From contig JBHGNT010000010.1 of assembly GCA_043228905.1 (NCBI GenBank), positions 18,228,001 through 18,292,000 of the forward strand: a DNA stretch of 64,000 bases, given 5' to 3'. The translations under genes and the position numbers were made by a program. The DNA is from Azolla caroliniana. Taxonomy: Eukaryota > Plantae > Polypodiophyta. Within the stretch, counting starts at the first letter, position 1, and each line of letters opens with the position of its first letter. The notes beneath the pieces are model-generated. The model saw only the letters and a program-made list of their open reading frames with translations, did not search any database and was not told the origin of the DNA. Shown here one piece after another: positions 11,870 to 25,200 of the stretch.

Positions 11870-13368
11870 GCTAGATAACAACTTTGAATGAGGGAAACAA
11901 TGAGAAAGGACATCTGAAGAAACGAAAAAATGAAAAGGACACTAGGAAGCCCAACAGCTCAAACTCAACGAATGCTGAAATCCTATTAAGGAGAAGAAGA
12001 AACAGCAAAACATAACATGTCACTAAGGGGAAGGAGAAATTACCAGGGTTTACAAATCATCGTACACCTCTTCCATAATGCCTTACATGTCTAAGATTAA
12101 TGCAATCAAGGCATCACATTCTTTACTCAGGTGATTACAAATGTTTTGGATGAGGACATGAAGCCCCACTCAAAAGGGTTTTTTTTATTTTGTTTGCTAG
12201 AAAAGTTAAATGAAAGGACTTTGGGCAATACAATAGTGTTGAAAAAGATTTTACTAAGACCCTTTCTATGTTGTATTTTGTTTATCCATGTTTCACTTCC
12301 TTATTTTCATTGTATTTAGGATGGAAATCTTACGTGAAGTGAGCCAACTTAGATGAGTATCATTTTTTTTAATGGAAAGGTGTACCATACCAATTGTCAA
12401 TTATGCCATTTAAACTTGTTTATTTCATTGTTTCTGATTGTTGAAAGATGGTAATATATATTTTTAGAACTTCAAAATGAACATGGCTCAGAAGTAGACA
12501 TTGTGAGATCAAATAGAATATTTAGAGGGATTTTTTAAATACATGTATTTCGAAAAGAAAGCTCATAATTTTGATCATAATTCTCTTGTACGCAATCTGG
12601 TTTAGCAAACTGTGGCCAGGATTAAAGCTTGTAATGTAATTACAGATCTACCTAAAAGCTTTTTTTTTCTGCATTGGAAAGCAGTCACAATCACTATGAT
12701 ATAATAGGTTATCAATAAAACTCAACAGCTGTGAAGAATTGTTCATGAAAATCACAGAAGCAAATTGCAATCTTGGGATCTAAGCCATTCGTGAGTTTTG
12801 AGGCTATCAATCGCTTTTGGGAAATATATTAGACATTCTTGCACAATCTTGGGATGTAAGTCATTCATGAGTTTTGAGGATATCAATTGCTAACCATCAT
12901 CTTCCCATGCCAGATGCATTTGCAGTCTTTGGTGATTATTTTGGGAAATATATTAGACATTTGCGCAAGAAACGGCCTAACTAGTGAGTTATGAGATAGT
13001 TACATGAAATGTAAGCGAGCTTGTTCTCCCTCAAGGCTGAATATGTGGACTATTTTCAGTAATCAATGGGATGTATTATGTGCAATGGAGCATAAGAGAT
13101 GTCATGGCCATTATATTAGAGTTGATGTGGGATGTAATTTTGGCAGTCCTTTCTTTGAGGGATAGGATGCGCATGTGATGGTTCTAAGTGATGTACATGG
13201 AAGATTCAGAGGTCGATTCTCACTGTTTAGGGGGAAAAGATGACTCATTGGAATTTATGGAGAAATGAGGTTTCCGACTAATTTGGGTCCTTTGATCAAT
13301 AGATTCCACTAAGCTAAAAGCAAATTCACTTCAAAATTCTTGACATATATTATCAACCCTATACAATA

Positions 13369-14936
13369 TGGAAGACAAGTTTATTAGAACATTATTTTCA
13401 GCATGGAAACAAGTATTACCCGGTTTGCTTTGCAATAAACCTAAACCCAAACTTTATCTTGAGTATCTCAGACAAAGGATAGTCTGGAATCCGTTGTTTA
13501 CAACATCAGAGGGTTCACTGTTGGGTTCTAAACAATGGTTATCGTGGGGAAAAATGGTAGAAGGTCCCGCAAAAACAGTTCAGACATGACAACGTTTTTT
13601 ATCACGGTCATGGGAAGAACAAAAAGAAATCCTAGGTAGTAAGCATGGTGGCCAAACAATGTATCAACAAATTCAAGATGCTATGAGTAGATTCCCCATT
13701 CCACCCAATAACTCTAACCACAGATGGGTTGGGGTTTATTCAAGATTGGAAGTACTCTTGGCTGTTAAGGGATATTTAGATGATAAGACCTACCGATCTT
13801 TTGAGGTGGATGAAGCAAACCAATTGACACAGTCCGGGGAAATGAGGATAGATTACCCTTATGCTCTGGAACACAAGATAAGAGTCATCGGATATGCTGA
13901 CCGGATATGGTACATTGATCCAATGATTGAGGAAATAAAGACACATTGGAAGTTGTGGGTGTTGGCTAAAAAATTGGTATTCAGATTAGAATGGGATCCA
14001 ATGGATTATCAGTGGAGAGATCCTTTTACGAGTAACAAGTTTAATTTCTTCCAATATTCTGTACAATTAGGAAGACATGTGCTTTTAGGTACACGAGATG
14101 TGATACTGGCTGCATTTCAATATTGGAATCAACAAGGTATTACTCCCCAATTCCTTGCAAATTTCTGGTGGTATTATGGGCAAGAAAACAACCTCATCAA
14201 ATATTGCATGTACAGTGGTTACTTGTACATCGAGCCTTGCCGGTTGGCACATGGATGCATAGGATGGGAGTAGATTCTACATGTGCACGATGCCATTTAC
14301 AAATGGAAACTCAAAAACATTGCTTATGGGAATGTACTAAGTCTCAACTGATATGGCAACGTCTCCTTAGAATTTTTGCTAACTATTTCTCCCCATTGGT
14401 TTTCACTTGGGGCATGGTGGTTTGGATGTCTCTTGTCCGTGATGCATTTTATTATGACACCGAATCTATGGAGCATGGATTTTGCACTAAATTTGGAAGA
14501 GTTCATAAAGTGCCATTGTTGTCATTACAATTTATAGGAATACGAAAGGAAGTCCAACCAGTATGGGAGATATTGAGTAGTACCACTATATATCATATTT
14601 GGAAGGTTAGGTGCTCTCTTATTTTCCATCAGCTGAAAACACCATCAGCTGAATTCGTTTCAAATATTTGGTTAGACATAGTTCATACTTTGAAGGGACA
14701 ATGGGATGGTATTATTGGAGATTCTGATGCTAAAATGGCTCAACGGCATGAGTTTATCGCTATATGGAAAGCTACTCCATTCATGACAGCCAATTGTGGT
14801 ACTCCTTATTGGCATTTTCAACCTCCGAAATGGTTGTTTCCCCCCCCCCCAATCACATAGAATTTTAATTTTGTAAAATGATTACACTAATGACAAGATA
14901 TCTTTCATAATAATTAAAATTTAAAAATTTTAAAAA
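13369..14936 (+). mobile_element. 5'-truncated L1-like LINE (ORF2 C-terminal region with zinc finger)
   Basis: Exact 14-bp TSD aaccctatacaata at 13355-13368 and 14937-14950, with an A-rich 3' tail. ORFs contain WLLVHRALPVGTW...CARC...ETQKHCLWEC...IYHIWKVRC. Confidence 0.9.
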
Positions 14937-16517
14937 AACCCTATACAATACAGATTTATTGTGGGTGGAGACAACCTTTAAAATAGTTTGAATGTGGATT
15001 ATGATAAGGAACCAAAACAAGACATTAGAATGATTTAACTAGATTTGGAGAAGGCATATGACCATGTAAGTTGTTTTTTTATTCCTGAACTTGTCTCATA
15101 TGGGCGTCACGCAAGGATGTGATGCCCTAGTTTCACATTAGGGTTGTGTGATGTCATATGTTATGCTAAATGGAGGAACTTGGATCATACCTTGGACATG
15201 GTCACTAGGAAATGGATGCTTGCATACATTGAACATATGTCATTCTAATCCATGACATATTCATATCAGTTCCATTCTAAGCTGCACAACACTTCCAAGG
15301 TCCTATAGTGGGCACTTATTGTTCCTAATAGCAATACCACCATTGCCACTGCAAGGACCCATCACCACGAAAGAAGCATGAAGAGCAACATCATGCACAT
15401 CTTGGGCAAGAGCAAGCAGCTGACATGACATTGATGAGTAGAGAAATCCCAACCTTTTTAAGCAAAGAGCTGAAGGACCTAGAATTGCTCGTGATTGGTT
15501 CTTGTAGTATTGCTTAATCAGAGGAAAAATAACAATGAATGAATCAGACAAGACAAACATGGATGACTGGCAACTTCCTCCAAAATGTTATTGTCAAGGT
15601 CAATAGTTATAACCAATTCAAAACCTATAACTAGCTCTCAAAGACCTTTGTGTAGTGCTTCCAAACAAGAACTCAATCTTCCAATTCTATTTCATAAAGA
15701 CTGATTTAGAGGAATACATAACACAAAATGCTGAGCATGAGAGAGAGTGGACAAAGGGATAAAATTACTCTTAAAATCCATGGTGATGCATTGGATTGTA
15801 CCCTTACCAACCAAGCTATGGTTATAAATGTTTGTTCTACTTAAGACCTAACCAACTATGATCTCCATTGAGACAAGATTTGTTGTCAATGGATGTGGGC
15901 CATGGCTATTTACTCACTGAGGTGGTTGATCTTTAAGATTTTCAATTCTAATCTTTTGATGGTGGATTTCTTTCAATCCCAACGATAACTTCCTTCTACA
16001 CATGGATCCTTCTCCTAGGAACCATTTCTTGTTGTCTCAGACCATCATTTGTTTACTCATCAGTTACAACGCTCCCCCCAAATTCCATCAAACTGATCTC
16101 GGTCCTTATTGCAATAATCTTTCAGGCTATGGACAAGAAGATGAGTTCCTTATTGAGTTTTAACAATCAGATACTATTGCAATAACTAGCAATGTCTCAT
16201 ATCAAGTTCCATCTTGGCCTAGTATTGAGGTGCCATACATTAAACTCTCGGTCTTCATACATATTCAAGTTCTCAGAAGTTAACTTTGTTTATACCAGGT
16301 AACCAAACCAATCACTGTACAAAGACAGAACAGAAACAGACTAAAGAGGACAAATGCTAGAGAGAAAAATAAATAAATTTAACATTAGAGATTTCATTAA
16401 ATGCAATCCTGGAAATTCACATATGAAATCGTGATATTGTTATACCGAGAAAGCTCTGCTACAAATTTCTCATCCTTTATCAAAATGCTTCATCACCATG
16501 CTTAGGTCAGGCATTTT

Positions 16518-18719
16518 CTAGATCCACTGTTGAATGTTGACATCAACATTTTGAAAAGCCTTCTCCAGTAGATCATCGATCGAGAAAAGTTCACTTTCAA
16601 AGGATTGATTCATCCCGCCATTTACCATTTCTATGCTCTCTTGAGATTCACATGTCTTACTACTTTCAGAATCTGAAGGAGAATTGAGTTGTGGAGGTTC
16701 ATCGCAAGGCTCTGAAAAGCCCATATTTGAATAAGCCACAAAATCATTCGAGAATAGGAAGAGATTTTCGGGAGAGGCTAATTGTTTCTGTGCATTGGAA
16801 ACACATGAAATTTGGTGTTTGGATTCTGTATAATCCCCGAGCAAAAGACATAGTTGTTGGGCAATATCATGCTTCTGCTCTTTTCTTGCTGAATTACGCC
16901 CACATCGAACTTTGGCAAATTTTGAATCAACACAACCTTTCACAAATTTCCCATGGGTTTGATCTTGTGACAATGAATAGATGGGCCCCTGATTTTTTGC
17001 AGGCTGTGCATGAAAGCTACCTTGTACTGAAGCCAGTGGCGCAAGGGATCTATTAGTTTGTTGGTGAAAAGGAGGTTCAACATTTAGGCACTGCTTTTGC
17101 AACTTAGCTCTACCTTGTGATATGTCGTGCCTGATCATATGTGCGCATGGTTTCCTTTGCAAATCACATGGCATGGCATTTATTCCATCCACATGTGAAC
17201 ACTGGCTTCCCTGCGATTTTTCACATGCCGAACCACCCATTTCATTGCTGAAACATAAAACAGAAGAAGCTTTTCCTTGCGATTCCCATGGCGATGTGAC
17301 TTTGTTGTTAACCATTGACCTTTTCTTCCCCAGCCCAGATGATGCCTTCTTAGAACTACTACAACTACTAATCTTTTCACAATCTTGAGCCTCTATACCA
17401 CGATTTCGTGCCTCACTGGGGAAGTTGAGCTTTGCTTTCTTGCCTCTGATTCTCAATGCGGCTTTGTCGTAAGCTCTTGCAGCATCTTCCGCAGTGTCGA
17501 ATGTGCCTAACCATACTCTGATACCTTGTCCGGGATCGCGGATCTCAGCCGCATATTTACCCCATGGACGCAACCTTATGCCTCGGTATATATGCTTCCT
17601 TTTCCTTGACTTCAGCTCATCATTTGAAGATTTCAGCTCAGCTTTTGAAGCATCGGCAGCAATGGATGATGCTGCAAAAACAGGAGACAAAAAAGCCAAC
17701 CAATCAACATTTAGTAAAGACATCAAACCACATGTGGCAAAGAAATGCACAAAACAGTAAATTTGCATGCATAAAGAGAAAGCAAACATTCTCTTCATAG
17801 CAAAGAAAATCATTAAAACATTTTCAGGAAGTAAAGTAATTCACAGTTTTTATGTGATACTAAACACTTCACATATATACTCTAGGAATGTGCATAAATA
17901 CACTAATGCAAAAAAAGCACGACTTAAGACTTGTTAACCTTGACTCTAATTATATCACATCAATAACTAATTAGCATTAGAACCAATCATAGTACACCCT
18001 AACCCTAAACCTTCGGGACTAATCACTACACCCTAATCCTAATATTGGCAGACACTAAAACTAATTATCACATCTTAACCCTAAATTCTAGGAAACAATC
18101 ACTATACCCTATGCTTAATTCTAACCCTAACCATCAAGCACTATATACTGACCCTCACGAATGGCCCAACAAATCAATCACTATACCTTAACACTAGTCA
18201 TAAACCAGTAAAGTATTACCTTAACATTAAGAATCGAACACAATACCCTAATCCTATGAAGCACATCAGCCCTAACAAAAATAAAAATAAAGAACCCTAA
18301 CCCCAACTATTCATCACATATAAGGAAATAATTAGAATTTAGAGCTAACCTTGCTGCTGTCCACTGTGAACATCATCATCATCATCATAATCATCATCCT
18401 TCTGAAGAAGGTCGCAAAGATCCAAAAAATCTTTGTTCACGGCTGGCTTCTGGAAGGAGGAGACATGAGAACCAGAGGCTCTGGTATTAGCAGAAGCAAC
18501 CATGTCATCCTCACCATCGTCATCGGCAGCACCCCCACAGACATCGTCGATGGCGGCTAGGTCAAGGAACTTGGACCAATCGAAATCCGGGTGGGTCTGA
18601 AACGAGGGAGGCGCTGATCTGATCGGTTTAGCCTCATCGTCCAGGAGAGGACCAAGTGAGAAAGGGCCGAGGCCAACGCCGAGGCCGGCGGCCAGAGGGA
18701 GCAGAGGGCCATGGCACAT
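16518..18719 (-). CDS. AP2/ERF transcription factor, ERF-VII-like, Met-Cys N-terminus, 507 aa; exons 18719-18350 and 17671-16518
   Basis: AP2 domain at ~17418-17588: [25 protein letters not shown]...[34 protein letters not shown] (ERF-type AAEIRD). A phase-1 intron (donor CAAG|GTTAG, acceptor TTTTTGCAG|) joins an acidic exon 1 in frame. C-terminal ELFSIDD resembles the ERF-VII LWSFDD motif. Confidence 0.9.
17995..18305. repeat. Degenerate telomere-like (ACCCTAA) minisatellite in the ERF intron
   Basis: About 12 accctaa/accttaa/atcctaa variants, often preceded by aatcacta. Confidence 0.6.
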
Positions 18720-18800
18720 GATGAAGAAGAAATAAACAAGGATTTAGGGATGCAGTTAGTTTCAAAAAGAGAAACAGGGGGCAGGAATTTGGGTGGGAGA

Positions 18801-18871
18801 GGAAAACTAGGGTTTGTGGAAGGAGAAAAACTAGGGTTTGTGGAAGGAGGAAAACTAGGGTTTGTGGAGGG
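18801..18871 (-). promoter_or_regulatory. Three 24-bp tandem units, each carrying a telo-box-like AAACCCTAG, in the probable ERF 5' UTR
   Basis: g(g/a)aaaactagggtttgtggaagga x3, 82-152 bp upstream of the ATG. A regulatory role is inferred. Confidence 0.55.
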
Positions 18872-19064
18872 GAGTGCAAAGAAAACAATGGGGGGGGAGG
18901 GGGGGGGATTGCAGAGAGGAGGAAGAATTGAAGGAAAACAAGGGGGCAGAAGGAAAAAACAGGATTTGGGAGGAGATAAAAGAGAGAGAGAAACAGGGGT
19001 TTGCAAGTTGTGGAACATGGTTTTCTGCAATTTTCCCCTGCCCATGCTGGTTTTGGTTTTTCCT

Positions 19065-19098
<34 letters not shown>

Positions 19099-19229
19099 GT
19101 CTGTGTCAGTTGCTGGTTTTGCAAAACCTCCATAGCCTTTTCTCTCATCTCCTTCCTTCCCACTTGCATGAATGAATCCATGGCCATGGACTTTGAAAAA
19201 TCTCTTCCACTTGCACTTAGCTTGACCGC

Positions 19230-19348
19230 ATATACATACATACATACATACATACATACATACATACATACATACATCTATACATATACATACATCCATG
19301 CATGCATGCATACATACATACATATGTCTATCTATCTGCTGTCTAGTA

Positions 19349-19383
<35 letters not shown>

Positions 19384-19745
19384 TCTATACATATACATAC
19401 ATACATGCATGCATACATACATACATATGTCTATCTATCTGCTGTCTGTATACATACATACATACATATACATATACATACACATACATACATACATCTA
19501 TACATATACATATACATACATGCATGCATGCATCCATGCATACATACATATGTCTATCTATCTGCTGTCTATATCTATCTATCTAATCTAATCTAACATA
19601 CATGCATACACCTATACATATACATATACATACATGCATGCATCCATGCATACATACATATGTCTATCTATCTGCTGTCTATATCTATCTATCTAATCTA
19701 ATCTATCTGCTTGTCTCTATCTCTTCTATCTTCTATCTTCTATCC
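19230..19745. repeat. Compound microsatellite (TACA)n/(CA)n/(CATG)n/(TATC)n with ~110-bp higher-order duplication
   Basis: Seen directly. The block catgcatacatacatatgtctatctatctgctgtct recurs four times. Confidence 0.9.
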
Positions 19746-21698
19746 ACCCCACCCACAACAAAACTCCCAATCCCCCCATGCTTCCTCCTCCTCCTCCTCT
19801 TCTTCTTCTTTCTTCTTTGTTCACACCCATCCATCCATCCATCCATGCATGCATGCATCCATATGATGATGAGGAGGTGGAGGATCGATCCCGCCCCTCG
19901 AGTCCACCTGGCCCGTCCTTGTTTCTACATAGATTTGTGTGCCACAAGTCCTCATGTCCTTCTTCATCTTCTTCTTTCCCATGTCCCTTTTCCCCCTTTG
20001 TTTCTACATAGATTTGTGTGCCACAATCTCCGTGACCATTCCTATTGAAGAAAGGAGTTTCGGCGAAACCATAGAAAGCTCGGGCTTGCCCATGAGCTCC
20101 TCCTTGAACTCACCTCAAAACACACGATTGACGTAGTGTTGAGTGGATATGTCATTACGTGAATGGAATGGAACCGTGTCCCCGCTTGATACAACACAAG
20201 ATGAAAGACAATTGCTCAAAGTTGGCCTTGCACAATTAGACATGCTACCTTGAAACATGTGAACTTTGGCCAACTTGTTGCATTGATCAAACACGATTGT
20301 CCAATTGTGTGGTGTGCCCTAGGATAGAAGGGTGAGACATATCACTTAGAAACATGCATTAGATTTGGCCTTTGTCACCCGAGAGCATGGGAATTTTCCA
20401 TGTTGTCTCGTCAACCACTTGCTTCTTGTATACATACGTAACATGTCATAAGCAACACAAAATCTTTTTCTTTTAGATTCATCAACGTACTTTAGGTATG
20501 AAGGCTATGTGAAGCAAATCGAACCTTTTAAAGTTGAATAACAATGTTCCCACATTATTCAATCTTTGTGCTACCTTTACCTATGACTTATTGGTATGGA
20601 GTGGGAGCTCTAGCCTATAAGGGAAATGTTGCCATGTTGGCAATACTTTCAAAGTTGTGTAAACAAAATTATGGTGTTTGTTTTCATTTCTTCTCCTATA
20701 TGGAATTGTAAAAGAAAAAAGGTTTTTAACATAATATAACTATGTCGTTAACATAACCATGCCCTTCAACACTAATGAACATAAAGGTTGACGGCGGCAC
20801 CAAAAACACATGAATAGCTATCTATCTATTTTCGCAAACACATGAATAGCTATCTATCTTTTTTTATGATTTGTAGGAACATGTGACCACATGGATAATT
20901 CCGGACTAGGTGAAATATTTATGAGAGTTGTTATCATTAACATCTTTGATAGATTATCAAACTATAGGCAAAACTTTGGGAATCAAGCTAGATTTGCAAT
21001 CACTTCTCTACATTATCTTCCACTTCCACTTGTTTTATGTCTCTAGCCTCTAGGATGCATTTTGTTCCCTTGCATTTTTCTTCTTATGTTACACTGGCCT
21101 CTTCATGTGAATCAATAAATGGCTAAAGTGAAGAACCCATACGTATAGGAAGAACCTTGCATGAAATGGAATAGTAAAACAGTTATGCACTATGTTCTAT
21201 TGTTCATAAGTGTGATGTGTGGCATGCAAACTTTATTTTGGCCTCATCTACGACCATTGGTGTATGTAGGGTTATTTAGATAAGGTGTTGGATGGCAAAA
21301 GCCATGTAGAGAGAATACGTTCAATCTTCAAGGATTTTATTAGTAAATTATGCAATTATGCCAATACGGGCTTTGTATTGATATGTATTCATGGCTCCCA
21401 AGGTTATTTTATCAAAGCCCCAACTTTAGCTTTCCTATTTTTGAAGGAGCAGCTCCAAAAATAGGTGGAGAGAAGTTAATAGGAATTATGTGTGCTTGCA
21501 CTGAGTGCAATTTACATATGTGGTTGTGGATGTAATGTGTGAATATATATATCCATCCATTCCACTTTGTGCTTTTGTACTCTTTCTGAATTATAGAATT
21601 TGGTTAGGAGAAAGAAAATGCTCAATTGACAAGAAGTCACCCCATGTACGATTTACTATATTTTAGCATTGCTAAATCTAATTAACCTTCTTAGCCTA

Positions 21699-21785
21699 CA
21701 TTATTGCTCATACCATTTACATCTTTTCCTTATTTAGTACAATGCCCTAAATAGGGGAAAGATGTAAATGGTATGAGCAACAATG
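21699..21785. repeat. Near-perfect inverted repeat (34-bp core stem, 9-nt loop)
   Basis: Arm 21704-21737 (ttgctcataccatttacatcttttccttatttag) pairs with 21747-21780, with only two T:G pairs. The stem extends a further 4 bp after one mismatch. Confidence 0.9.
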
Positions 21786-21853
21786 GTTTTAGTGCAACAA
21801 TGTACTTAGTTTTTTTCAACATTTTCTAATGGGCTTCCCTTTGTGGGTGGTAT

Positions 21854-22296
21854 TAGAAATCAACAATGATTTGGTTTGAGCCAAACCAAACTACATAAAG
21901 CACGACTTATTGGTTTAAATTGTTTGGTTCAAGTTTTTTAATTTGTCAATGGTTCGGTTTGGTTTGGAGGTTCAAGGGTTCAACTCAATGCACTTCGAGC
22001 CTTTATCAGCTTAATGGTTTATGGCTTAGTCGATTTTAACTATATAATTCAAGTGCTAATAAAAATGTATATCTTTAAGAATTCGAGTTTACAATTGCCG
22101 ATATTTTGGTTTGCACTAAAACCGAACCGTGAAACCACAACTTACAATCCCTCTAAAGGTTTGAACGACGTTTGTTTAATGGTTACATGGTTCGGTAAGG
22201 CATAGCTCAATTTACGATTAAATTTTTTAAACTAATTTGGTTTGAAACGGTTTGAGATTGAGACTCCTAAACCAACCGAACTGTTGCCAATTCCTA
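21854..22296. mobile_element. Probable hAT-like MITE
   Basis: Degenerate TIRs: tagaaatcaacaatgatttggttt versus the reverse complement taggaattggcaacagttcggttggttt. Many aaaccgaacc/ggttcggttt subterminal motifs. Weak 8-bp TSD ggtggtat/ggcggttg. Confidence 0.55.
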
Positions 22297-25200
22297 GGCG
22301 GTTGGCAATAAGGTTATCAACACATATTTTATACACCATATATCACTTCTCCTAAAGCATATGCCATATCAATGTCTTGAAGTAACAATCCCATTGTCTC
22401 CACATAGTGGACAACCATGGTTTGATTGACCGTTTAGATCTCTTTTTGTCTCTCTCCAACTATGGAATGTACACAATATTGAGTAAATAGAAACATAGAA
22501 AGCATTAAGGATCCTAGGTTGAGGTTCCATCTAGTTGTAGTTGGATGAATCTACCATCTACTCCTTCGAAGAGAGAAAAAGAGTTTGTGATGCATTTGAG
22601 AACATATGCAATGAAGGAAAAACAATTGTTGAGCTCTCAAGAAATAACTTGGACATTACAATGACACCAACCAAGGCTTCTCTATAGGGTGATAGCATGC
22701 ATCTCTACGGCTTGGAAAGAGATGGAAAATGTCAAAAGGTAGCTTCTTTATCTAATTTCTTCAAGTCATGATACACATAATAATATATGCTCCTAATTCT
22801 TGAGACCATATCACTTTCCATTAGGGTCATGGAAACAGAGAGGGTTGTGGAGTATATGCCTAAGATTAATAAAACTCTCACATCAACTTCCAAGAATTAT
22901 GCTGGATACATGTAAAAAAAGGTTAAAAGATGCACAAAGCAAAATCTTGTCTCCCAAATGATGTAAGATTAAATATATGAAGAATTGGATTAGAAGATCA
23001 AATGCATTACAATTGCTTGTGACAATGCTAAAATGTGTTCTTTGGTGAATGATGGGGAGCTTCATGCTTTAGGGCATTATATTGCATATCTCACGCTAAA
23101 CTAAAAATCTTCTTTCTCTTTGAGTAAACATCATGTTTCTGAGGGTAGATGATGAAGAATTGACATCAATTTGTCCAAGATAAAGTCAATATTGTGTGCT
23201 CCATTAAACTAAATCATCCATTGCAAAATGTCTAACATGTAAGACATGCATACCTATGATGTCCTTAATTTCACAAAAACCATCAATAAGCCTGTCCTAC
23301 ATGAATGTTCTAATAAATGTGTATCTCATTATGATCGCAAAGACCAACATGATCGTGGAGGAAACTCTTTTACATTCAAAGGATCCTCTTTGAGAGTATT
23401 TCTTGTACATGACTATCAACTTTTTAGTTTTAAATAAAGATGCATCCTCATCCATTAAGTAAGAAAATTGATGTATGAAGTTTCAACTTTACACGTGGCG
23501 ACCTTTATTAAGTTTCCATCAATTTGAGGACTCCTCCATTTACTTTATACTTTATAGAAGACTCTTTTTCCTTCTTTATTTCCATTGCATGTGAATCATG
23601 CATGCACCTATTGCACGTATTTTTAATTGAGAATTGTGGAAGAAATAATGATACTCCAAGTTGCAACATTATATCGCAAGCAAGTTGCCCTTGTGGTTAG
23701 CAAGTTGATTTTTGTTCCATGTATGCTTGTACAGTTCTTTTAACATGAATGTGGTGTCCATTTGAAATGTTATTAGGTGCATGTGTTGTACACAACTTCA
23801 ATTGTTGAATAGATGATTCTATATGGTGTTACAAGATTTTGCAAACAAATTTACAAAGATAAAATATAACTAATCATTTGAGCATATTCCACTTATTGGT
23901 GTCCTTGATTTGATGATTATACACATAAAAACATCATCATTGTTATAACTTTCACTTACAATCGACCATTGAAGATTATAACAAGTACATGCATGCTTAT
24001 TGGCTATGCTTTCAGTAGGATTTCACCTAGAGAAAGGAGAATTATTCAATCTCGTTGTGTGAGATGTCATAGAGAATATAAAAGAATCATTCATCTCATG
24101 TGGACTTGTTCATCAACAATCATTTTTATCCATTAACTCAAAGGTAATTGTAGACTATGGTTAAAACCATATAATTTGGCATTTTTGAGCATTTGGATAA
24201 CTTAGAATCCCCTATCATTAACTTTTTTTTCTTCAAGTCCTTTCTTAGACAATTGTTTGCAATTTGTAGAAATTCACTCCATACATGTTTCAACTTTATT
24301 TTTATCATTGAAAGTTTGTGAACAATTATTTATAAAGTTGTTATTGTGCATGATATCAAACTAAAAATATCCTGAATTTTCATAATAACAAGATTTGAAT
24401 GCATGGCCTTAGGAAGCAAGGATACATGAATAGACGAGGATACCTTATACAATGTATAGAGTGATTGTTGTGCAATGGTGTTGTAAGTGGAAGTTTCCCA
24501 TGACGTTTCTATTCATTACATTAACAAGTCTTAATATTGCCTAGACCTTCATGTCATCTTATGATGCCAAGCTTTGCTTTCTTATGCTATTGCAAAATGC
24601 ATATATTGTATCCTAACCAAATTACTTACATATGCATTTTCTATTCCAATGTTTGTGGGACTTCTATAGAAATGAAGAGAAGAGCAATTATTCCAAACAA
24701 GAATGTGGAATTATCTAATGATTAATCAACCACAATTTCCAAATGTTTTACATTGCAAAATGACAAGAAGGTAAAAATGGCCCACCTCAACTAAAAATAT
24801 GGCAAATAGGAGACACGTAGACACAGACATGCACAAACATAAAAATATACCTCAAGTGTAAAGTATCACCCCACCAATGAGGTTCTTAAAATATTTCGAT
24901 TGTATTGCAAGAGACATCACAAGACACATATTATAATTCCACGCTCTTTCATAAACACAAAGCTACAAAATGATTGAATCTAGTTATAGAGTGGATGAAT
25001 CATAGTCAAGATATAGATAACATTGAAAAAACCAATAGAGGATATCCACTTATCAAAGTGCCATAGATTGGATATAAAATAGGGGACATTAGGATATGCT
25101 ATAAAAGGGCATGTATCCATGGAAACCGATATAACCATGAGCAAATCATGCACACTATACTATGATTTTGAGCATAACATATTGAGATATTATTGTGTAC

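Noticed and set aside
12767-12961. ~70-bp duplication with a ~50-bp insertion in the second copy
   Set aside because: Real, but an ordinary local duplication with no sign of function.
15700-16300. Possible decayed LINE ORF1 sequence
   Set aside because: No motif could be recovered with confidence.
17672-17813. Hydrophobic N-terminus of the 431-aa ERF ORF
   Set aside because: Intronic read-through upstream of the acceptor at 17672; not a signal peptide or membrane anchor.
18557-20136. His/Ile/Tyr-rich and other overlapping ORFs upstream of the ERF gene
   Set aside because: Translations of microsatellite and low-complexity DNA.
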